A stretch of DNA of 64,000 nucleotides. It comes from Bacteroidota bacterium. GTDB taxonomy: Bacteria > Bacteroidota > Bacteroidia > Chitinophagales > Saprospiraceae. The position numbers were made by a program, and so were the translations under genes. Positions 1-9,252 of the stretch are shown here, piece by piece. The notes below the pieces were generated by a model that saw only the letters and a list, made by a program, of their open reading frames with translations, was not told where the DNA came from and did no database searches. The stretch covers positions 7,523-71,522 of the forward strand of contig JBCCSZ010000001.1 of NCBI GenBank assembly GCA_039199225.1. The letters run 5' to 3'. Positions within the stretch are counted from its first letter, which is position 1. The number at the start of each line of letters is the position of its first letter.

Positions 1-936
1 ATCGGCATACCAAAGCTGTCCCATTTGATCTTCGACAGCGTAAAGTGGCCGATCGACACAAGAGGAATTGACACGGGTGAATTGATTGTTGTCATCAAAA
101 CTCAAAACACGCCCTTCACAGCCATTTAGACAATAGGCGCCAGCCAGCAGATGTTCACCTTCTGCGGTGAGGAAGCGAATTTCGTGGTTGTTGAGGAAGT
201 AAATGGAATCGAGGTCTTGACCATCGTAAGCGTAAAGAATGTTGTTGATGTCGAAAAACAACTGATTGTTATGGGTAATGATGGAGAGTGTTTTGTAGAG
301 GTCTGGAAATCCATCAGCCCCACCGAGCAATTGCCAATTGCTGATGTCCTTCAGGTTCAAGTTGGGATCGTCGGGCGCTCTGTAAATACCTTCCTCCGTT
401 GCGGCATAGAAGAAGCTTCCGTAGCGGGCTACTCCTGTGACATTGATGTCGAGATTGGCCGTAAAGCCAAATTCTTCTCGATCTATGTCAAACTCAACCA
501 CACCAAAGCTGGTTGCAAAATAAATGCGTCCGTTGTCGAGTAAATTGATGTCATTGATTTCCCGGTTGAAGAAATTGCCATCGGTTTTTATGTTGGTGAA
601 GGTTCTTACGTCATTGCCTTCGACGAGATCGAAAACACCGCTGTTATAGGTGACGATCAACTTCTCTGTATTCTGGTCATATTTCACGAATTGGGTTCCC
701 GCTTCGCTCAGTCCGTTGATTTTTGAGATGTAGGATACGGATAATTCCTCCTTATCAAGCGCCAAAACCGCCCAGTCGGTCGTGTAGTAAACCTGCTCAC
801 TGCTCTGGGTGATGTAGCGGCCAAATTGGAAAGGCAGGTGGGAGCGCCACTGGCCTATCTTTAGTGGTTCTTGAGCATTGCTTGGGAGTACGAAGAAAAG
901 CACGCTGAACAGAAGGAGTATGTATTGTCTAGACAT
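1..936 (-). CDS. Secreted beta-propeller-repeat protein, N-terminal 312 codons only (3' end runs off the window). Possibly a T9SS PorZ-like two-propeller protein.
   Basis: This open frame is absent from the ORF track because it has no in-window stop. The ATG is at 936 (minus strand reads atgtctagacaa). The translation starts MSRQYILLLFSVLFFVLPSNAQ, a signal peptide, followed by repeated blade-like segments (IYFATSFGV, FFYAATEEGIY, LWYAD). The family name is from memory of similar Bacteroidota proteins, not from a search. Confidence 0.55.
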   Translation of the reverse strand, partial: MSRQYILLLFSVLFFVLPSNAQEPLKIGQWRSHLPFQFGRYITQSSEQVYYTTDWAVLALDKEELSVSYISKINGLSEAGTQFVKYDQNTEKLIVTYNSGVFDLVEGNDVRTFTNIKTDGNFFNREINDINLLDNGRIYFATSFGVVEFDIDREEFGFTANLDINVTGVARYGSFFYAATEEGIYRAPDDPNLNLKDISNWQLLGGADGFPDLYKTLSIITHNNQLFFDINNILYAYDGQDLDSIYFLNNHEIRFLTAEGEHLLAGAYCLNGCEGRVLSFDDNNQFTRVNSSCVDRPLYAVEDQMGQLWYAD

Positions 937-1092
937 AAGATGTATGGGTGCGTTGATGAAGCTGGGTTGTTTGGGGCTTGTGATTTAATGGTATAACAAA
1001 AAAACAAAATTATTATTGTTTTGCTCAAATTAGAGGCTTGGGAATGTCGTGAATTAGCGGAGGAAGATTTGCTTGTCTGGCTTCTGTACAAG

Positions 1093-1665
1093 CTATTTGT
1101 AAAGGTGGCTGTTTGAGATGTATTCAAAGACAGGTTCTGGAACGAGGTATTCAATGGAATGGTTCTCTCGAATGCATTTGCGAATGTAGCTGGCAGAAAT
1201 ATCCATTAGGGGTACCTCAAAATAGCGGACACTTGGATGGGTAGCTAGTGGTCCTGGCTCGTAATTGGGCCGATTATAGACATAGATTTGATAGTACTCG
1301 AGGATTTTTTCGTAATTCTTCCATTTGTGGAGGGTTTTAATATTGTCCCCTCCCATGATGAGTACAAAGTCGTTATTGGGATACTTTTCTTTCAGATACG
1401 TCAGTGTATCTATGGTGTAGGAAGGCTTAGGTAGCTTAAATTCAATGTCGGAAGCTTCTAGCAGGCGGTTGTCGCCAATGGCGAGTCGGACGAGGTGCAG
1501 CCGGTCATGGTCGCGGGCCAAAGAGCTTTTGGGCTTCAATGGGTTTTGAGGGGACACGATGATCCACAGGCGATCCAAATCGGTTTGAGTAGCCATATAA
1601 TTGGCAATAATCATGTGTCCGACATGAACGGGATTGAACGATCCGAAAAAAAGGCCAACTTTCAT
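1093..1665 (-). CDS. nadD: nicotinate-nucleotide adenylyltransferase
   Basis: 190 aa. The N-terminus MKVGLFFGSFNPVHVGHMIIANY carries the (H/T)xGH nucleotidyltransferase motif typical of NadD, and ISASYIR lies near the C-terminus. Confidence 0.9.
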   Translation of the reverse strand: MKVGLFFGSFNPVHVGHMIIANYMATQTDLDRLWIIVSPQNPLKPKSSLARDHDRLHLVRLAIGDNRLLEASDIEFKLPKPSYTIDTLTYLKEKYPNNDFVLIMGGDNIKTLHKWKNYEKILEYYQIYVYNRPNYEPGPLATHPSVRYFEVPLMDISASYIRKCIRENHSIEYLVPEPVFEYISNSHLYK

Positions 1666-1680
1666 GAATCGCAGCTTGAA

Positions 1681-2178
1681 TTATTGAATGAGATCAGTGG
1701 CATCCAGCGAGTCAGACAGCAGCTCTTTGAATTCCTGCCGAATTTCTTCCATTTCCTCTGGGCTGAGTTCCTCTTCTTCTGCAAAATCAACCAGCCATCT
1801 ACCTTCTAGTTTGACCAAGCGTACACTGTCTTCTATCCGCAATCCCTCCTCCTCGGTGAGATATACGCAGGAGGCTGTATCGGCGCTTACGGTACATTCG
1901 AGTTTCAGAAACTGTGTCAGCAGTATGCTATCTGGGCTGGTATTGTCCTCCAAAAGCATCGGAACAATCATATCGATCCACTCTACTGTGCTGGGCGTAC
2001 TGAGTACACGGGCTTGTTCAAATTCGTTGCGGTCAATGTGAGCTTGCCAGGTACGGAAAATGGATTCTGGTGACTGTTGCTCGGTATGACTTCGCTGCTT
2101 TGCCGTGTTTGGCGTGTCTTGACAGGCAAGAACACAAAATAAGCTTATGAAAAAGAACAATAGCTGTAGGATGCGCAT
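1681..2178 (-). CDS. hypothetical lipoprotein
   Basis: 165 aa with a signal peptide and lipobox-like LFCVLAC. Acidic C-terminus. No recognisable family. Confidence 0.55.
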   Translation of the reverse strand: MRILQLLFFFISLFCVLACQDTPNTAKQRSHTEQQSPESIFRTWQAHIDRNEFEQARVLSTPSTVEWIDMIVPMLLEDNTSPDSILLTQFLKLECTVSADTASCVYLTEEEGLRIEDSVRLVKLEGRWLVDFAEEEELSPEEMEEIRQEFKELLSDSLDATDLIQ

Positions 2179-2208
2179 GAAAATCCTTTCGTTGTCTACA
2201 ACTTTGAG

Positions 2209-3324
2209 TTAATTGCTCAGCATGACTGGCATGACCAGCATCAAAATTTCTTCCTCCTCCGATTCTTCTACTGGCAACAGAATACCAGCTCGTGTGGGTG
2301 TAGACAACTCCATTTTGATGTCATCGCTTTCTAAAACGTTGAGCATTTCGACCAGAAACTTGGCATTGAAGCCAATTGTCAGTGGGTCACCTTTGTATTC
2401 GCAGGCCAATTGCTCGGTCGCTTCGTTGGAAAAGTCGAGGTCTTGAGCGGATACCGTCAGGCTGCCATCGTTGATGTTGAGGATGACCTGATTGGTGGTT
2501 TTATTGGCATAGATGGCGATGCGCTTCATGGAGTTCATGAAATCCTGGCGACCGAGGGACAATAAGTTGGGATTGTCGACAGGGATAACCGCATTGTAGT
2601 CCGGATAGCGGGCGTCGATCAAGCGGCAGACCAGGTGAATATCGCCAAAGGTGAAGAACGCATTGGCTTTGTTGAAAGCTACAGTGACTTCGTCGCCGCC
2701 GGGTAGGGCAGACTTCAAAAGGTTGAGTGCTTTCTTTGGAATGATAAAAGAAGTAGAAACCTCACTTTGGATTTCTTTGAATGTATATTTGACCAACTTG
2801 TGTGCGTCGGTTGCTACCATGATCAGCTTGTTGAAATCTACCTGGCAGTAAACGCCTGTCATGGCAGGGCGAAGTTCATCGTTGCTGGTAGCAAAAAGGG
2901 TTTTGCTGATGCCTTGTGCCAACATGCCGGCGGAAAGCTTGATGGTATCGACCGTCTCTGGTTCGGGAATGCGTGGAAAATCCTGACCGTTCTCACCAGC
3001 GAGCCGATACTTTCCATAGGCAGAGGTAATCTCGATGCCAAAATTCTCTTCGTTGACATTGAAAGTGATGGGCTGCTGAGGCAGTTCCTTCAGTGTATCT
3101 TGCAGGATTTTAGCTGGTACAGCAACGACGCCATTGGTATCCGCATTGACCTCTATCTGGGTGGTGATCGATGTTTCCAGGTCGGTAGCAGCAATGATCA
3201 GCTTATTGTTTTCAATGGTAAAGAGAAAATCTTCAAGTATGGGCAGTACTGGATTGGAGCCGATGGCACCTCCGGCAATTTGTAGTTGCTTCAAAAGATC
3301 AGAAGACGATACGCTAAATTTCAT
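2209..3324 (-). CDS. dnaN: DNA polymerase III subunit beta (sliding clamp)
   Basis: 371 aa. It starts MKFSVSSSDLLKQLQ, has the three-domain clamp length, and ends LLPVEE...MLVMPVML as in DnaN. Confidence 0.95.
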   Translation of the reverse strand: MKFSVSSSDLLKQLQIAGGAIGSNPVLPILEDFLFTIENNKLIIAATDLETSITTQIEVNADTNGVVAVPAKILQDTLKELPQQPITFNVNEENFGIEITSAYGKYRLAGENGQDFPRIPEPETVDTIKLSAGMLAQGISKTLFATSNDELRPAMTGVYCQVDFNKLIMVATDAHKLVKYTFKEIQSEVSTSFIIPKKALNLLKSALPGGDEVTVAFNKANAFFTFGDIHLVCRLIDARYPDYNAVIPVDNPNLLSLGRQDFMNSMKRIAIYANKTTNQVILNINDGSLTVSAQDLDFSNEATEQLACEYKGDPLTIGFNAKFLVEMLNVLESDDIKMELSTPTRAGILLPVEESEEEEILMLVMPVMLSN

Positions 3325-3399
3325 GTTGGTCTAGGATTTTTCTGAAAGGCCAAAAATACATTATTGGCGGCATATTTTTACCATAAATAACCAACAGCT

Positions 3400-3408
3400 T
3401 GTGGATAA
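3400..3408. promoter_or_regulatory. single consensus DnaA box (TGTGGATAA, the reverse complement of TTATCCACA) upstream of dnaN
   Basis: Exact 9-mer match read directly in the 3325-3531 intergenic region. Only one copy was seen. Confidence 0.4.
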
Positions 3409-3531
3409 CTGTGGGGATTTTAAAATCATTTTGGCCCGCAAGCTGGTATATTATCATCCGGCGCGCTAACTTTGTAGATTAAGGACTTACTGAAAGGTCC
3501 ATTTGCCAAGCAGATTGTAGAATAGAACGAC

Positions 3532-4803
3532 ATGCCAGACCGTACGCGCGCGCCTAAAATCCAGGCGATCCAACAACTCACACTTCCCGTGCCGAAACAG
3601 TTCCAGCTCGATAACGGAATTCCTGTTTATACCATCGATATGGGAACACAAGACGTGCTAAAGGTCGAATTTGTTTTTCGGGCTGGGCGACCTTTTGAAG
3701 ACAAAGAGCTGGTTTCCAGAGCAACAGCCGAATTACTCAAAGAGGGTACGACCCAAAAGACGGCTGCGCAGATTGCCGAAACAATTGACTTTTATGGCGG
3801 CTCACTTAGCGCGCCTGTCAATTTGGACACTTCCAATGTCGTTTTGTATTGTTTGAACCGACACTTTGAAAAGTTGCTGCCTTTGCTGGCTGAGTTGCTG
3901 ACCAGCCCTGCCTTTCCCCAAAAGGAGTTGGATTCTTTTATTCGAAACAGTCAGCAACGTCTACAGCTGGACCTTTCCAAAAACGATGTGGTGGCCTATC
4001 GGGAGATTACAGAGATGATTTTCGGCTCTGAACACCCCTATGGTTACAACAGCAATGCGAACACCTATGGCGCTATTGAACGCGATGATCTAATTCGCCA
4101 TTTCGAGAAAAACTTTACAGCAAAGAACTGCCGCATATTTGTCAGTGGTCGCATTCATGCCAATACGATTGGCTTGCTGAACGACTACCTGGGGAGTGTT
4201 TTGCCAATTGGTGAAGCCAATCAGGTTAAACTGCCCAAAACCGAGCATCAGCCTGCGCACAAAAAAATATCCAGGCCCGAAGCTGTTCAAACTGCGATTC
4301 GCATTGGGCGACGTCTCTTCAACAGAGGGCATGCCGACTATCCTGGAATGTATGTGCTCAATACGGTCTTGGGAGGATATTTCGGCTCTCGCTTGATGGC
4401 CAATATTCGCGAAGAGAAAGGATATACATACAATATTTTCTCTACGATGGACATCATGCACCACGACGGTTACTTCTACATCGGAACGGAGGTGGGCAAT
4501 GATTTTACGGAGACAACCATTAATGAAATTTATCGCGAAATGGCCGTGTTGGCAGAAAAAGAGATAGATGCGGCAGAATTGGAAATGGTGCGGAGTTACC
4601 TTGCTGGGCATCTACTCACGATGTTGGACGGTCCATTCAATATTGCAGATTTGGTTAAGATGTATGTCAATAGAGGCATTCCTTTCAAGGCATTTGACGA
4701 ACTGGTCCATGTTATCAAAACGATAGAGCCCTCCAGGCTGCGCCAACTAGCAGAAAAGTATTTTCAAAAGGACGACCATTGGGAAGTTGTTGTTGGAGTT
4801 TGA
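3532..4803 (+). CDS. M16 (pitrilysin/insulinase) family peptidase-like protein
   Basis: 423 aa. The layout and motifs (RAGRPFEDKE, REEKGYTYNIFS) are typical of M16 peptidases. No HxxEH zinc motif was seen, so this may be the non-catalytic subunit type. Confidence 0.8.
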   Translation: MPDRTRAPKIQAIQQLTLPVPKQFQLDNGIPVYTIDMGTQDVLKVEFVFRAGRPFEDKELVSRATAELLKEGTTQKTAAQIAETIDFYGGSLSAPVNLDTSNVVLYCLNRHFEKLLPLLAELLTSPAFPQKELDSFIRNSQQRLQLDLSKNDVVAYREITEMIFGSEHPYGYNSNANTYGAIERDDLIRHFEKNFTAKNCRIFVSGRIHANTIGLLNDYLGSVLPIGEANQVKLPKTEHQPAHKKISRPEAVQTAIRIGRRLFNRGHADYPGMYVLNTVLGGYFGSRLMANIREEKGYTYNIFSTMDIMHHDGYFYIGTEVGNDFTETTINEIYREMAVLAEKEIDAAELEMVRSYLAGHLLTMLDGPFNIADLVKMYVNRGIPFKAFDELVHVIKTIEPSRLRQLAEKYFQKDDHWEVVVGV

Positions 4804-4941
4804 GGTGTAAATATTTTTGTATTTTTCGCCGATACTTTAAAGGATTCACATTCGCACCATTGTTTGGATGCATTTGTTTCTTTTTTTTGTAAATTTTGTT
4901 TTCTTTTGTGGTCGCTAGAAATTTATTATAACGTACTGTAG

Positions 4942-5973
4942 ATGAAACTGTTTAGCTTTTTTTCCCAGGAATTGGCCATTGATCTAGGCACTGCGAACAC
5001 CCTGATTATTCAGGACGGAAAAGTGGTGGTAGATGAGCCTTCGATCGTCGCCGTCAATCGCCGGACGGGAGAAACGATTGCCGTGGGGACAAAGGCGATG
5101 CAAATGCACGAAAAAACGCATGAGAACATCAAGACAATCCGCCCGCTCAAGGATGGTGTGATTGCCGATTTCCAAGCGGCTGAGAATATGATTGAAGGGC
5201 TGATTAACATGGCGGGTAACCGCCGCCGGTTCTTTTCTCATATGAAGATGGTCATCTGTATTCCTTCGGGAATTACTGAAGTAGAGAAGCGAGCTGTTTT
5301 TGACAGTGCGGATCATGTAGATTCCAAAGAGACTTATCTCATCCACGAACCCATGGCGGCGGCTCTCGGGATTGGCTTGGATGTGGAGGAACCTATCGGT
5401 AATATGATTATTGATATTGGAGGAGGAACGACCGAAATTGCTGTTATTGCACTTTCCGGGATTGTCTGCGATCAGTCGATCCGGACAGCAGGAGACGAGT
5501 TTACAATGGACATTATGAACTACATGAAGCGGCAGCACAACATTCTCATTGGAGAGCGTACGGCTGAGCAAATCAAGATCAATGTTGGTTCTGCTTTGCC
5601 TGAGTTGGACAATCCACCCGAGGTATATGCCGTAAATGGACGTGATTTGATGACGGGTATTCCTAAGCAAATTACCATTACATACCAGGAAATTGGGCAT
5701 GCCCTGGACAAATCCATCAGTAAAGTGGAAGATGCCGTTTTGAAAGCTTTGGAAACAACACCGCCCGAATTGGCATCCGATATTTACAAGACCGGCCTTT
5801 ATCTGACAGGAGGTGGGGCCTTGCTTCGTGGGTTAGACAAGAGAATCGCCCAAAAAACGAAGCTGCCAGTACACATTGCCGAAGATCCTCTGAGGGCTGT
5901 TGTTCGGGGTACGGGCATTGCCTTGAAGAATACCGATAAGTTTTCCTTCCTGATCGACCGCAAAAGCGTCTGA
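4942..5973 (+). CDS. mreB: rod shape-determining protein MreB
   Basis: 343 aa with actin-fold motifs DLGTANT, IDIGGGTTE and LTGGGALLRGLD. Confidence 0.95.
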   Translation: MKLFSFFSQELAIDLGTANTLIIQDGKVVVDEPSIVAVNRRTGETIAVGTKAMQMHEKTHENIKTIRPLKDGVIADFQAAENMIEGLINMAGNRRRFFSHMKMVICIPSGITEVEKRAVFDSADHVDSKETYLIHEPMAAALGIGLDVEEPIGNMIIDIGGGTTEIAVIALSGIVCDQSIRTAGDEFTMDIMNYMKRQHNILIGERTAEQIKINVGSALPELDNPPEVYAVNGRDLMTGIPKQITITYQEIGHALDKSISKVEDAVLKALETTPPELASDIYKTGLYLTGGGALLRGLDKRIAQKTKLPVHIAEDPLRAVVRGTGIALKNTDKFSFLIDRKSV

Positions 5974-6051
5974 TCCATCCTCCACAAAGCGATGACCATT
6001 ATTTTTTGATCGACACTTTCCGATCCCCTTGAAATCTATTAATTTCGCTTT

Positions 6052-6885
6052 ATGCGCAACCTCCTGATGTTATTCGTTCGAAATGGTGGACTACTGCTCT
6101 TTTTGCTTTTGCAGGGGATTTGTATGATTTTGGTTGTTCGCTTCAGTGATAAACACAGCGAAATTCTCTTCAGCTCGGCCAGCAACATCTCTGGCTATTT
6201 CCAAAGCCAAGTAGATGAAGTCACCAAGTTTTACAATCTATCCTCTGTAGCCGATACGCTGGCCAGGGAAAATGCTCGACTCTATGCTCAACTTGATCAG
6301 ACCCAACTGGTCCGCTCTCCCTGGCGAGACACGATGAAGCGCAGCGATGAAGCCGATAATTGGTACACTTATCGGCCCGCCCAAGTTCGCAGTAATTCCA
6401 TCAGTGCGCACAATAATTCCCTGTTGATCGACATTGGCAAAAAGCATGGCATTACCAGTGGGATGGGGGTCGTTAGTAGCAATGGTATTGTTGGGGTTGT
6501 TAAAAATGCTCGTGAGAACTTTTCCAGCGTGATGTCTATTCTGCACAAGGAATCCCGAATCAGTGTCAAAATAAAAAACAGCAACTATTTCGGGCTTATG
6601 GTTTGGGAGACGAGCAATCCACTGAAGGCATCGCTGATAGATATTCCAAAGCATGCCGTACTCAATAAGAGAGACACGGTGGTCACCAGTGGTTTTTCGA
6701 CGATTTTTCCAGAGGGTATTGTTGTAGGATTGGTGGAAGATTTTACCATCAAGCCAGGAAGTAATTCGTGGGAGGTTGATATTGGATTGACCAATGACTT
6801 GGCCAATATCCGCTATGTATACGTCATCGAGAACATTATGAAAGAGGAGCTTGAGGCATTGTTAGAAGAAAACAACGATGAATAG
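6052..6885 (+). CDS. mreC: rod shape-determining protein MreC
   Basis: 277 aa with an N-terminal TM segment, a coiled region with ENARL, and beta-rich GMGVVSSNGIVG. It lies directly after mreB. Confidence 0.85.
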   Translation: MRNLLMLFVRNGGLLLFLLLQGICMILVVRFSDKHSEILFSSASNISGYFQSQVDEVTKFYNLSSVADTLARENARLYAQLDQTQLVRSPWRDTMKRSDEADNWYTYRPAQVRSNSISAHNNSLLIDIGKKHGITSGMGVVSSNGIVGVVKNARENFSSVMSILHKESRISVKIKNSNYFGLMVWETSNPLKASLIDIPKHAVLNKRDTVVTSGFSTIFPEGIVVGLVEDFTIKPGSNSWEVDIGLTNDLANIRYVYVIENIMKEELEALLEENNDE

Positions 6886-7399
6886 TACCATACTCACACA
6901 TACGCTGCGATTCATCGGGATCACGCTTTTCCAAGTACTTCTTCTAAAAGGAGCTTCCCCAAGCTGGGAAAACTTCAACTACATCCAAATATTTTTGTAT
7001 CCGGTTTTCATCATGTTGTTGCCTTTGCGGACCCCCAATACCCTGGTTATTTTCCTGGGGTTTGTCACTGGCCTGGCAGTCGACCTGTTTTACGACTCTG
7101 TGGGAGTACATGCAAGTGCTTGTGTATTTATGGCCTTCATTCGGCCAGCCATCCTGGCACTGGTCGAACCGCGGGGTGGCTACAATGTTAACCACAGCCC
7201 CACCAAACGCCGCTTTGGCATTGGCTGGTTTACCATTTATTCGAGTTGTCTAATGTTTGCCTTTTTGTTTTGGTACTTTTCTGTGGAGGCATTTACTTTT
7301 TACTATTTCTGGGATATATTGCTAAGAACATTGTCGAGCTTTCTCGTTTCAATGGTTTTTGTGGTTATTTATCAATACATTTTTGATCCGAAGGAATGA
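6878..7399 (+). CDS. mreD: rod shape-determining protein MreD
   Basis: 173 aa polytopic membrane protein. It overlaps the mreC stop by 8 nt and the mrdA start by 4 nt (ATGA). Confidence 0.75.
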   Translation: MNSTILTHTLRFIGITLFQVLLLKGASPSWENFNYIQIFLYPVFIMLLPLRTPNTLVIFLGFVTGLAVDLFYDSVGVHASACVFMAFIRPAILALVEPRGGYNVNHSPTKRRFGIGWFTIYSSCLMFAFLFWYFSVEAFTFYYFWDILLRTLSSFLVSMVFVVIYQYIFDPKE

Positions 7400-9252
7400 A
7401 GGATAATCTGAAAGAGCGGAGTTTGATCATTCGCCTGTTTTTTGTCTTGGGGGCTGTTTTGCTATTGTGGAAAGCCCTTCAAATTCAGTTGATGGATTCT
7501 GACCAGCATCAGAATAAGGCACAGGCGACGGCTATAGATAAGGACGTCATCTATCCTTCCAGAGGGTTGATGTTCGACCGCAATGGCAAGCTACTGGTCA
7601 ACAACAATGCGATGTACGATCTGAAAGTGACTTACAAGCAGCTTTCTCCGGATATGGACACCGCTAAGTTTTGCCGCTTACTGGAAATCGACAAAGCGAC
7701 TTTTGAAGAAAACCTCAATAAAAACTGGCGCAGTCCACGCTACTCCAAATCGGTGCCTTTTCCCTTTTTGACCAAAATATCGGCAGCAGTTTGCGCGCGT
7801 TTTGTAGAGCATTTGCACGAATTTCCTGGCTTTGCCGTTCAGCTTCGCAATGTTCGCGGTTATCCCCACAACAATGCCGCTCACGTACTTGGCTATCTCA
7901 ATGAGGTGGACCAAGCTCAAATCGATGAAAACAAGGGGGTGTATACCCGAGGTGACTACATCGGAGTGAGTGGCTTGGAAGCCTACTACGAAAAGGAGCT
8001 GAGAGGGAAAAAGGGTGTTCGCTTTGTAATGAAAGACAACCTGGGGCGCGAGGTCGGTACCTACAAAGGTGGTAGCCTTGATTCTTTCGCTACTTCTGGC
8101 CAAGACCTCATCACGACTCTCGATCTGGACTTACAAAATTATGCAGAACAGCTTTTAAACAATAAAACCGGTAGCATCGTTGCACTCGAACCATCTACTG
8201 GTGAGGTGTTGTGTATGGTCAGCGCACCAACTTATGATCCAAATATCTTGACCATCAATCGCAATCGGGGAAACGAATTTGCTCGCTTGGAAAAGGATAG
8301 CTTGCGTCCTTTTTTCGATCGAAGCATCTCAGCCAAGTATCCGCCAGGGTCCATCTTCAAGACCCTTGTCGCCTTGATTGCGATGCAAGAGGGCATCCTG
8401 GACCCCAACCGAGGCATCACCTGTAATATGGGATACTACTACAACGGAACTGTTCGAAAATGCCACGGCCATCCCTATCCACATAATGTTCAGACGGGCC
8501 TGGCACATTCTTGTAATGCCTATTTCTTTCAGGTTTTGAGAGATATGGTCGATCGCTATGGGTTTTACAATCCACATCAAGGCTTAGATACTGTTGTACG
8601 CTATCTGTATGATTTTGGATTGGGCAATCGGCTGGACATCGATGTTTCCTATGAGGTAGGGGGAAACATTCCGACGACAGAATATTACGATTACTTATAT
8701 CCAAAGAAAAAGGGAGGATGGTATTCTCCAACCATCATGTCCATCGGGATCGGGCAGGGAGAAATTCAAATGACGACCTTGCAAATGGCGCATTTGGCCG
8801 GTGTGATTGCCAATCGAGGTTGGTACTACACGCCGCATCTTGTCAAGGGATTCCGGAATTCTGATCGACAGATAGAAGAGAAATACCGCACGAAGCGCCA
8901 GGTCCCAGTAGACGAGGTACATTTCGGTCCTGTGATCGAAGGGATGGAGCGAGCAATATTGGAGGGTACCGGGACCGTTGCCCGTATCCAGGATATTTCT
9001 GTTTGTGGAAAAACGGGAACTTCTCAAAATCCACATGGCAAAGATCATTCGGTCTTTTTTGCCTTCGCCCCCAAGGAAAATCCTAAGATTGCCATTGCCG
9101 TATATGTGGAGCACGGCGTGTGGGGAGCAACCTATGCAGCTCCAATGGCCAGCTTAATGATTGAACGCTACCTCAAGGGAGCCGTTGATCCTTCTCGTAA
9201 GTATTTAGAAGACCGCATGCTGCAGGCCGATCTAGTGAGCAATCCACCATGA
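7396..9252 (+). CDS. mrdA: penicillin-binding protein 2 (elongasome transpeptidase)
   Basis: 618 aa. Transpeptidase motifs are present: SxxK as PPGSIFK, SxN as HSCN, and KTG as GKTGTSQ. Confidence 0.9.
   Translation: MKDNLKERSLIIRLFFVLGAVLLLWKALQIQLMDSDQHQNKAQATAIDKDVIYPSRGLMFDRNGKLLVNNNAMYDLKVTYKQLSPDMDTAKFCRLLEIDKATFEENLNKNWRSPRYSKSVPFPFLTKISAAVCARFVEHLHEFPGFAVQLRNVRGYPHNNAAHVLGYLNEVDQAQIDENKGVYTRGDYIGVSGLEAYYEKELRGKKGVRFVMKDNLGREVGTYKGGSLDSFATSGQDLITTLDLDLQNYAEQLLNNKTGSIVALEPSTGEVLCMVSAPTYDPNILTINRNRGNEFARLEKDSLRPFFDRSISAKYPPGSIFKTLVALIAMQEGILDPNRGITCNMGYYYNGTVRKCHGHPYPHNVQTGLAHSCNAYFFQVLRDMVDRYGFYNPHQGLDTVVRYLYDFGLGNRLDIDVSYEVGGNIPTTEYYDYLYPKKKGGWYSPTIMSIGIGQGEIQMTTLQMAHLAGVIANRGWYYTPHLVKGFRNSDRQIEEKYRTKRQVPVDEVHFGPVIEGMERAILEGTGTVARIQDISVCGKTGTSQNPHGKDHSVFFAFAPKENPKIAIAVYVEHGVWGATYAAPMASLMIERYLKGAVDPSRKYLEDRMLQADLVSNPP

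Noticed and set aside
861-1154. A 97-aa minus-strand ORF bridging the first gene and nadD.
   Set aside because: It overlaps the 3' end of nadD and the 5' end of the propeller gene in other frames, and it is Ser/Thr/Asn-rich and non-protein-like.
3325-3531. Chromosomal origin (oriC) next to dnaN.
   Set aside because: Only one DnaA box was found, no AT-rich 13-mer cluster was noted, and dnaA is not adjacent.
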